Assembly (NCBI GenBank): GCA_963772365.1
Contig: CAVYXA010000003.1
Span: 448,001-512,000, forward strand
Source of the DNA: an uncultured Verrucomicrobiae bacterium
GTDB lineage: Bacteria > Verrucomicrobiota > Verrucomicrobiia > Chthoniobacterales > UBA10450
Direction of reading: 5' to 3'
Length of the DNA stretch: 64,000 nt
Position 1 is the stretch's first letter. Each line of letters begins with the position of its first letter. A program made the position numbers and the translations under genes. Positions 31,693 to 38,657 of this stretch are shown here, piece after piece. The notes under the pieces were generated by a model. The model was given only the letters and a program-made list of their open reading frames with translations, was not told the origin of the DNA and made no database searches.

Positions 31693-33534
31693 CTAACGCA
31701 AGGCTCGTTTGTCTCCCATTCTTTGCGTAATGCCGTCGCGATCGAGCCGCTCCAGGAGCGGCACCATGATTCGTCGGGAACTCTCCAGCGCTTTTCTTAA
31801 ATCACTCACTGTGCCCGAGCCGTTCCGAGAAAGAAATTCAGTCACTCGCGATTTCATTTTCTCAAAGTTTTCCCGGAGCAAGAGAATATCTGCGGAGATT
31901 TCGATTAGCTCTCCGTTCTGGATCAAGAACTGCAAGACCTGCTGCGAATCTCGATCCGGCGCGATCTCTTTGCGCGGCGGCGGATCGAATGGACTCTGCG
32001 AAAGCGCTTCGCGAAGTCGAGCCTCAAAAGGCCGCAGTCGTGTCGACAAAGCTGGGCTGTGAGTGCTTCGCGCGATTGTCGATCCTCTGCGCGCGAATCC
32101 ATTCGCGCAGAGGCTGATAATCAATTCGTCGACAAGTTGCGAAGGATGGTCGGCCAGCGCTTTCCTCAGATTGCTCAGATCAAGCCCGGACAACTCCGGA
32201 TATTCCTGCTGCGATTTGTCGATCATCGCAATCGCCCGGTCGCAAAGACTTCGCCAGAAATTATTGTTGGCCGCAAAATCGCCGCAAATAACGATCCTTT
32301 CGAGACGTTGCAGCCGCTCCAGTTCCGCTGCGATTTGCTCGCTGCTGAAATGTGATTGGCGCAAAATCGTTTCCTTCGACGCAAATCCGCGCGATCCAAT
32401 TTCTGCGTGTAGACAAAGATCGAGATCGTGCGGCGCGATCGAAAACATTTCCCTGTTGCGGCCGTCGCCATTGAGGATAACGCCGCCGCCAATCGTGCGA
32501 CGTTCCGATGGGTCGCGAAGCACGAATCGATCACCCAGGAATGCGAAGATGGGCGATGCCAGTTTCAAGCGAGCAATATTCTCGTCTTCAAAAAAAACTC
32601 TCGCCGCGACACGCGATGTGCCGTGATGCAGATAAACTGAGCTGCCGTTCTTGGTTTTCCCTGTGAATCGCGCCAGCAATATCGCGCTGGGCGGGCCGAG
32701 CTCGGCAATGGTAATCACATCGCCTCGCCTGATTTGCGCAACATCGACATCGGACAAATTGATCGCTGTTCGCATCCCGGGCTGCGCCGATTCCATGTCC
32801 ATCCCGTGGCTTTGAATGGACCGAATCCGTGTTTCGATCTTGGTTGGCTGAATGATCATCTTCTGCCCGCGATGAAGCTGGCCACCCGTCAATGTTCCGG
32901 TGACGACAGTTCCAATCCCGTGAAGTGTAAACACGCGATCGATAAACAGGCGTGGTTTTCCGTAGTCGCGTTGCGGTTGGATCGATTCCAGTTCCGCCGC
33001 GATCGCACTTTTCAATTCATCGATTCCTTCTCCTGTGCGAACTGAAGTTCGGACGATTGGCGATTGCGCGAACGGAGTATCGATCAAATGCTCACGAATC
33101 TGTTCGACGTCGATCTTCGCCAGATCGGTTTTCGTGAGCGCTACAACAGCGCCTTGAACAGCCAGATGCGTAAGGATCTGCAAATGTTCTTCGGTTTGCG
33201 GCATCCAACCGTCGTCAGCCGCTATAACAAAGAGCGCCAGGTCAACCGAGCCCACACCGGCGATCATATTTCGAACGAAATCTTCGTGACCGGGTACGTC
33301 GACAATGCCAGCATGAATATTTCCGGGAAGATCCAGCTCGGCAAAGCCGAGATCGATGGTAATGCCCCGAGCTTTCTCTTCCGGCAAACGATCGGGATCC
33401 GTTCCAGTAAGCTCCTTAACCAACGCGCTCTTGCCGTGATCGACGTGACCGGCGGTCGCGATGATGAAATGCTTCTGCTGTAGCGGCGCTCTGTGAGCGC
33501 CGCCAACTTTCGCTCTGGCGTTTGCGACGGTCAT
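31693..33534 (-). CDS. selB: Selenocysteine-specific elongation factor
   Basis: TAGHVDHGKS, DRLPEEKARGITIDLGFA, DVPGHEDFVRNM.AG, C-terminal winged helix SRRIMVPLLE.LD..G.T.R.GD.R. Confidence 0.95.
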   Translation of the reverse strand: MTVANARAKVGGAHRAPLQQKHFIIATAGHVDHGKSALVKELTGTDPDRLPEEKARGITIDLGFAELDLPGNIHAGIVDVPGHEDFVRNMIAGVGSVDLALFVIAADDGWMPQTEEHLQILTHLAVQGAVVALTKTDLAKIDVEQIREHLIDTPFAQSPIVRTSVRTGEGIDELKSAIAAELESIQPQRDYGKPRLFIDRVFTLHGIGTVVTGTLTGGQLHRGQKMIIQPTKIETRIRSIQSHGMDMESAQPGMRTAINLSDVDVAQIRRGDVITIAELGPPSAILLARFTGKTKNGSSVYLHHGTSRVAARVFFEDENIARLKLASPIFAFLGDRFVLRDPSERRTIGGGVILNGDGRNREMFSIAPHDLDLCLHAEIGSRGFASKETILRQSHFSSEQIAAELERLQRLERIVICGDFAANNNFWRSLCDRAIAMIDKSQQEYPELSGLDLSNLRKALADHPSQLVDELIISLCANGFARRGSTIARSTHSPALSTRLRPFEARLREALSQSPFDPPPRKEIAPDRDSQQVLQFLIQNGELIEISADILLLRENFEKMKSRVTEFLSRNGSGTVSDLRKALESSRRIMVPLLERLDRDGITQRMGDKRALR

Positions 33535-33548
33535 AGACCGCCGCTACA
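33479..33548. repeat. GTAG-family REP-like palindrome spanning the selA stop / selB start
   Basis: TGTAGCGGCGCTCTGTGAGCGCCGC...GCGACGGTCATAGACCGCCGCTACA; near-identical to 50347-50413. Confidence 0.85.
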
Positions 33549-34913
33549 ACTGGAGGCGGCGCGAATGCCATCCACGACCAAATCGTCCTGTTCGGGAAAA
33601 ATGGTGCGCAGGTCGAGTTTGAAACGATCGTCCGAGATGTAACCGATAATCGGCGGATTTGAGGTGCGGAGTTTCTTTGCGAATTCGGCTACCGACGAAT
33701 TTTCAGGCAGAATTTCGATTGTGATTGAGGTCATGATCGAGCGTGGCAGCGTGCCGCCGCCCACTTTGGCCTTGCCCCGACCAACGCCAATTTTTAACGG
33801 TAACCCTTGCAGCCGGGAAAAAATGGCGGCGGCGCGGGCGCGCAGATTATCCTTGGGAATTTGCAGGAGGGCGAGCGCGGGGATTTCCGATGTCGATCCT
33901 TGTAGATGAAGGTCGACAGTGGATTGCAGCGCGGCGAGACAGAGTTTGTCGCAACGCAATGCCCGAAAGAGCGGCTCGCGTCGCAATGCGGCTACGAATT
34001 TCTTTCTACCGACAATAATTCCCGCCTGCGGCCCACCAAATAATTTGTCGCCGCTAAAGCAAACAAGATCGGCGCCGCTTTTCAGTGCATCCGCGGGCGT
34101 GGGCTCATGCTCTTCCATCCCGAGTTGCTCCGATTCGACGATGGCGCCGCTGCCCAAGTCTTCCACGAACGGGATCCGCTTTTTCTTTGCCAGCGCTGCA
34201 ATCTCAGCAGAAGCGGGCGATTCTACAAATCCGCTCATGAAAAAATTGCTGCGATGAACTTTCAGGATCATCGCCGTCTCTCGGTTGATCCCGCGTGCAT
34301 AATCGCTCAACGTGGTCTTGTTCGTCGCGCCGACTTCGCGCAATTTTCCGCCGGCAGCTTCGATAATCTCACCGATTCGAAAACCGCCACCGATTTGCAC
34401 GAGTTCGCCCCGGGAGACAATTACTTCTCGTTTCGTTTTTGCGAAATGCTGAACGGTCACAACGAGTGCCGCTGCGCAATTGTTCACAATCGCGGCTGAC
34501 TCGGCGCCGCAAAGAACGGCCAGTGCTTTTTCGACATAACCGCCGCGATGGCCACGCTCACCTGTAACGAGATCGAATTCGACATTGGAGTAGCCGGCGC
34601 CGACTTCGGTGAGATCCCTGATTGTCTCCCTGGAAAGCGGGGCCCGGCCAAAGTTTGTATGAATTACAATGCCTGTCCCGTTAATAACTGGTTGAATCCG
34701 GCTGGCACGCAACTCCTGGGCTGAATGCCGAACCAGATCAATAATGGATTCCAAGTTGGGAATTTTTTTGGATTCGCGGATCGTCGAGAGCTGCTGTCGA
34801 ACAAGATCGACAATCAACGGACGCGGCAATGGAATTTCTCCAACTGCGTCGAGAATCTTGGTGACCGCGGGAATGTCGCGGCGAGTTGCTACGGGTTTAT
34901 GCATAAGAGCCAT
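33531..34913 (-). CDS. selA: L-seryl-tRNA(Sec) selenium transferase
   Basis: VINGTGIVIHTNFGRAPL, VNNCAAA, SRGELVQIGGGFRI, EDLGSG, PLP-lysine motif FSGDKLFGGPQAG. Confidence 0.95.
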   Translation of the reverse strand: MALMHKPVATRRDIPAVTKILDAVGEIPLPRPLIVDLVRQQLSTIRESKKIPNLESIIDLVRHSAQELRASRIQPVINGTGIVIHTNFGRAPLSRETIRDLTEVGAGYSNVEFDLVTGERGHRGGYVEKALAVLCGAESAAIVNNCAAALVVTVQHFAKTKREVIVSRGELVQIGGGFRIGEIIEAAGGKLREVGATNKTTLSDYARGINRETAMILKVHRSNFFMSGFVESPASAEIAALAKKKRIPFVEDLGSGAIVESEQLGMEEHEPTPADALKSGADLVCFSGDKLFGGPQAGIIVGRKKFVAALRREPLFRALRCDKLCLAALQSTVDLHLQGSTSEIPALALLQIPKDNLRARAAAIFSRLQGLPLKIGVGRGKAKVGGGTLPRSIMTSITIEILPENSSVAEFAKKLRTSNPPIIGYISDDRFKLDLRTIFPEQDDLVVDGIRAASSCSGGL

Positions 34914-35926
34914 TCTTGAGGCCGAGTGATCTGGCCGATGACTTTTCCGGCTTTAATGAGTGCCCGAACTTTCTTGAGCCGATCTGGTTTGACGCACAAT
35001 AGCAAGCCTCCGCTGGTTTGTGCGTCAGTGAGAAGAATGCGTTGGGCGATCGATGTTTTATTCCAATCGGTCACCTTGCTTGCGGCTTGCAGGTTGCCGC
35101 GGGTGCCGCCGGGGATGCAATCGCGGCGAATCAAGTCGAACACGTCGTTGTCGATCGCGGGAACTTCGCTGGCATAGATCTTCGCGCTCGTTTTGCTGGC
35201 TCGACACATTGAAGCGAGATGACCGAGAAGGCCGAAACCAGTGATATCGACAGCCGCGCGAACCAGTCCGCGCTCGGCCAGTTCTGCGCCGATTGAATTC
35301 ACTTGGGTCATTATTGTGATCGTTTTCTTCGCGAGCTGGCGAGAAGTCAGACTGCGTTTGATGCCGGTCGTGACGATTCCGGTGCCGAGAGGCTTTGTCA
35401 GCACGAGCAGATCGCCCGGACGCGCATTGGCATTGGTCATCATTTTCCGTGGATCGACAATTCCAGTAACGGCCAGTCCATAAATCGGCTCTGGATTTCG
35501 AATGGAATGACCGCCGATGATGGCGCAGCCGACTTCGGCAGCTTTTGCGAAACCGCCGCGCAGGATCGAAACGATCGTTTTCTCCGACACGAGATTTTTC
35601 GGGAATCCCATGATGTTAAGTGCGGTGAGCGGGCGACCGCCCATTGCAAACACATCCGAGAGCGCATTAGCGGCGGCGATTTGTCCGTAGGCGAATGGGT
35701 CGTCCACTATCGGCGTGAAAAAATCGACCGTCTGCACGAGCGCGCGATTTCGGTCCAGGCGATAAACGCCGGCATCGTCGAGCGTGCTCGAATTCACGGC
35801 GACGTTTCGGTTTTTCGAAAATGGGAGCTGACGCAAAACTTGCATCAGGGCCGATTGGCTCAGCTTAGAAGCTCAGCCAGCGCAGGATGAAAGCGCGGTG
35901 AGTTTACGGATTTGTTCGCGCGACAT
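34889..35926 (-). CDS. selD: Selenide, water dikinase containing selenocysteine (UGA codon 18 at 35875-35873)
   Basis: ATG 35926 after AGGAGGTGA RBS gives MSREQIRKLTALSSCAG-U-ASKL, in frame with ORF 34889-35845 (DDAGVY, TVDFFTPIVDDP, AANALSD, GGHS, LTKPLGTG, DITGFGL.GH, DAQTSGGLL). Confidence 0.95.
35828..35848 (-). promoter_or_regulatory. Candidate SECIS hairpin of selD
   Basis: CTGATGCAA-GTT-TTGCGTCAG, 9-bp stem starting 25 nt after the UGA; an alternative shorter hairpin (GCTGA-GCCAA-TCGGC) lies nearer the UGA. Confidence 0.55.
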
Positions 35927-35947
35927 TGTCGTCACCTCCTTTCCATT

Positions 35948-36000
35948 TGTGGCATGGGGCTTCCTGCCCATGTACCATCGGCAGGATGCCGATTGCGACG
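35948..36000. repeat. Degenerate GTGG-type REP-like double hairpin between selC and selD
   Basis: TGTGGCATGGGGCTTCCTGCCCATG...ATCGGCAGGATGCCGAT. Confidence 0.55.
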
Positions 36001-36007
36001 GAAAAAG

Positions 36008-36104
36008 CGGAGAGGATAGGAATCGAACCTACCCCGGTCCGGCGGTTGCCGGATCGACAACGGTTTTGAAGACCGCGAGGGCCACCAGGCACCCTTCACT
36101 CTCC
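36008..36104 (-). tRNA. selC: tRNA-Sec (anticodon UCA); CCA not encoded
   Basis: GGAGAG/CTCTCC acceptor ends, anticodon loop CTTCAAA, long variable arm (TCCGGC-AACC-GCCGGA), GGTTCGATTCC T-loop; located in the sel operon. Confidence 0.93.
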
Positions 36105-36112
36105 TGGAAGGA

Positions 36113-36144
36113 AAAAGCTGAAAAGCTGAAAAGCTGAGAAGCTG
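36113..36144. repeat. Tandem octamer (AAAAGCTG)x3 plus AGAAGCTG between the selenoprotein gene and selC
   Basis: Directly visible. Confidence 0.85.
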
Positions 36145-36148
36145 AAAT

Positions 36149-36385
36149 TTATTTGAGCTTCTTGATGGCGCTAACGACTTGATCGAAGTCAGGCCAGTCG
36201 CCGGTGTTGAGCTTGGAATGGAGAAGCTTGTCATTGGCGCGAATTTCAAAGGCGCCGCCGCTGGACGGAATCAGGGTGAGCGATTTGATGCGCTCGCCGA
36301 GCTCGAGAATCTGGGTCGCCAAACTGACGGCCTTCGGCGTGTAGTTTCAAACGACGCAGTATTCGATCGAGACCTCGGTCTTCAC
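36149..36385 (-). CDS. SelW/SelT/SelH (Rdx) family selenoprotein, CxxU motif, UGA codon 13 at 36349-36347; absent from ORF track
   Basis: GGAAAGGAG RBS, GTG start: MKTEVSIEYCVV-U-NYTPKAVSLATQILELGERIKSLTLIPSSGGAFEIRANDKLLHSKLNTGDWPDFDQVVSAIKKLK*; Rdx hallmarks IEYCxxU and GGxFE...SK...G.(F/W)P. Confidence 0.92.
36314..36332 (-). promoter_or_regulatory. Candidate SECIS hairpin of the SelW-like gene
   Basis: GGCCGTCA-GTT-TGGCGACC starting 15 nt after the UGA; same A-GTT-T apex as the selD candidate. Confidence 0.6.
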
Positions 36386-36406
36386 CTTGTGCTCCTTTCC
36401 GAGAAA

Positions 36407-36435
36407 ATGGTATCGAAGCGCAGCAAAACGGTCAA
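36407..36435 (-). promoter_or_regulatory. Putative sigma70 promoter of the sel operon
   Basis: TTGACC-N17-TACCAT just upstream of the RBS of the selenoprotein gene. Confidence 0.6.
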
Positions 36436-36443
36436 GAAACGTG

Positions 36444-36520
36444 ACGGCGGCTGCTCGAATCCTCCCGCCTGCGACAATCCGCCAAGATCGCGACAGTGAA
36501 TGGGAATCGGCAGCCGCCGT
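36444..36520. repeat. Long hairpin element, copy 1 (identical 28-nt core at 36466-36493)
   Basis: Arms ACGGCGGCTGC/GCAGCCGCCGT enclose CGCCTGCGACAATCCGCCAAGATCGCGA. Confidence 0.75.
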
Positions 36521-36609
36521 TTTACTCGGAGGTTCCCCATGTTGAACCTCAAATTATTCCGATGCTGCGTAGCTACATATTCGTCGTCGATCGGTTTTCG
36601 TTTTCGGAT

Positions 36610-37377
36610 CTAAAAAGCAAAGGTCAGCCCGCTGCGGATCATGGTGAAATTATTCTTCGGTCCATCGATGACGCCCCAGCTCAAGTCGTTTGTCCAACCG
36701 ACGTTGCGAGTAAAGCGATACTCAAGACCTACGCCGAACTGGCCCAGCAGCTTTGTTTCGCCGTCAGAATGATGACTCTGAGCATTTGCGGTTGGAAATT
36801 CGAATAGCAGGCCCGGAAGGGGCCCAGCAGTCACGCTGTCACTTTCACCGCCGCCAAAAATTGCGCCGATACCGGCCCAACCATAAGGAGCGAACCGGCT
36901 ACAGGGCAGCGGATAGCGCAACGTGAACGTGCCCAGCACCGCTCCGATCACTCGCTCGTCATCGACGTTGCGGCCGAAAAAGACTCCATCTAGAGGTCGC
37001 CAATCGATGTCGAAGCTGCGCTTGTGAGCGTTGAGGGCGAATCCTTCAATGCCCACGCCGAAATAACGCTGGAAAAAGTATTTGATGTCGATGCCGCCGC
37101 CCCAGGCGTGATCGTTCCCGATGTATCGGTCGAACGACCCGAGAACGGTCTCGCCTTCGGTTGTGCTTTGGATGAGATCGGGAATGTCGAGGTTGGGATT
37201 GTAATCTGTATTGGTGAAGGTGTAAGTGCCCCAAAGGTTCACCTGAAATTCATTATCGCCGTACCATTCCGGGCAAGGTGGAGATGCTACCGGCTGTTTC
37301 ATTTCATATCCGCCTGCGACAACAAGTTGAAGGCAGCAGAGTTCGAGGATCGACAGCAAAATGATGAGTCGTTTCAT
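36610..37377 (-). CDS. Probable outer membrane beta-barrel protein
   Basis: Signal peptide, alternating aromatic/Gly strands (WGGGIDIKYFF, APYGWAGIG, GVGLEYRF), C-terminal GLTFAF. Confidence 0.75.
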   Translation of the reverse strand: MKRLIILLSILELCCLQLVVAGGYEMKQPVASPPCPEWYGDNEFQVNLWGTYTFTNTDYNPNLDIPDLIQSTTEGETVLGSFDRYIGNDHAWGGGIDIKYFFQRYFGVGIEGFALNAHKRSFDIDWRPLDGVFFGRNVDDERVIGAVLGTFTLRYPLPCSRFAPYGWAGIGAIFGGGESDSVTAGPLPGLLFEFPTANAQSHHSDGETKLLGQFGVGLEYRFTRNVGWTNDLSWGVIDGPKNNFTMIRSGLTFAF

Positions 37378-37401
37378 GGGTTTGAAAGAATTAGATTTGG
37401 T

Positions 37402-38367
37402 TTATCGATTACGAGTGGAGACAGGAGCCTCCGTTTCCTCCGCTCCGGCTGGTCCTAGTAATACGGAGAAAACTGCAAATGCCTGGACGCTGGGAGAGTC
37501 GTCAGTGCAGCCGAACAATGGCGACACGTCGATGCGCGTATTGCGCGACGGTTTCCAGGCGACCGTGGGGCCAACTACAAAGCTGTGCTGAGGATCGTCC
37601 CGCGTATTTTTCATCGTGAAATTCTTGTATTGCATTTCCACGCCGACTTTCAGGCGCTCGGCTGACAGCAGAACTGGCGTAACAGCGCTTTGGGCAAATC
37701 CCCATTCACGTCCTCGATCCCCCTGGATTTCCTGTTCGAAAAACCAATTCATTGCCCATTCATAGCGCTGACAGAATTCCTGAGCCAAAAGCAGACGGAC
37801 TTCGTAAGCGTCCGGTTTTTCCGGCGGTCCACCTTCTTCCTCTTCCTCCTCCGCTTCTGCGTCACCTTCTTCCCCTGGAGGTTTGCCTTCCTCGCGACGG
37901 ATCGGACCCGTTCCGAACTTGTATTCGACGAAGAGAGTTGGATTCAGTGGGATTTTGCTCCAGTCAGCCAGAGCGTAGCGGGCTTCAATACTCGCCGTCG
38001 AAGGTCCACCGCCGCCATTGAATCGTTCAAAGGATGATTCGGCGGCGACTCCAAACCGATAAGGAAGACCCATCTCGATTTCCTGTGTGAAAATGTGATC
38101 GGGCGGGCCATCGCAAAAAAAGTCGCCTTCATAGATCTCGCCCACGAAGAACGTCCATGGCGGCAAAACGTAAGCGGTCAGCAGAGGCGAAAAACGTGTC
38201 CGCGAAATTCCGGGTGGAGCCCCATATGCGCTGGGAATGCCTTCCGCGGAGACGACCACCTCTTCGGAAGAGACTTGAGCGTCACTGCGAGAAGAAATCA
38301 GAACCAGCACCAGACCGGGAAGCAACGCACCGAGCAAACGTGCTCGGGAAAAGAGGCATTTAGTCAT
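37402..38367 (-). CDS. Secreted hypothetical protein, probable small beta-barrel with TonB-box-like N-terminus and acidic loop
   Basis: Signal peptide, EEVVVSA, strand-like segments (EARYALADW, NPTLFVEYKF, VGPTVAWKP), EEGDAEAEEEEEEGG loop. Confidence 0.7.
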   Translation of the reverse strand: MTKCLFSRARLLGALLPGLVLVLISSRSDAQVSSEEVVVSAEGIPSAYGAPPGISRTRFSPLLTAYVLPPWTFFVGEIYEGDFFCDGPPDHIFTQEIEMGLPYRFGVAAESSFERFNGGGGPSTASIEARYALADWSKIPLNPTLFVEYKFGTGPIRREEGKPPGEEGDAEAEEEEEEGGPPEKPDAYEVRLLLAQEFCQRYEWAMNWFFEQEIQGDRGREWGFAQSAVTPVLLSAERLKVGVEMQYKNFTMKNTRDDPQHSFVVGPTVAWKPSRNTRIDVSPLFGCTDDSPSVQAFAVFSVLLGPAGAEETEAPVSTRNR

Positions 38368-38414
38368 AAGGGGTAAGGCTTTCGTTTATTCAAAGATTGG
38401 ACCTGCGGCAGATT

Positions 38415-38430
38415 ATTACAAATCTGTAAT
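38415..38430. promoter_or_regulatory. cop/cus-box-like palindrome ATTACA-N4-TGTAAT
   Basis: Perfect palindrome about 48 nt upstream of the 38367 start; resembles CopR/CusR-family operators; cognate-type regulator encoded nearby. Confidence 0.65.
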
Positions 38431-38524
38431 GTTTAGCAAGCATTTTCGCATGCCGGGAATCCTGCTTTGCTTTGGCCTTGATAACGCCTTTTGGATTTGC
38501 TAATGCTGTAACCAAGAACGACAA

Positions 38525-38620
38525 AGAACACCGGCGGCCGCCCGACTTCTCTCGCCTGCGACAATCCGCCAAGATCGCGAAGCTGTAGGAGATTCGAGTT
38601 CGGCCGCCGTTTGGTGTTCT
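38525..38620. repeat. Long hairpin element, copy 2 (identical 28-nt core at 38553-38580)
   Basis: Arms AGAACACC..CGGCGGCCG / CGGCCGCCG..GGTGTTCT enclose the same core. Confidence 0.75.
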
Positions 38621-38657
38621 CGAAGTGCTGTCAGTCCAACGCAGACGTTTCGCAGGA

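Noticed and set aside
36179..36499. Plus-strand ORFs over the selenoprotein gene and tRNA region
   Set aside because: Shadow ORFs of the minus-strand SelW-like gene and selC
36466..38580. 28-bp direct repeats as a CRISPR array or integron attC sites
   Set aside because: Only two copies 2 kb apart, no cas or integrase gene, and no clear RYYYAAC/GTTRRRY ends
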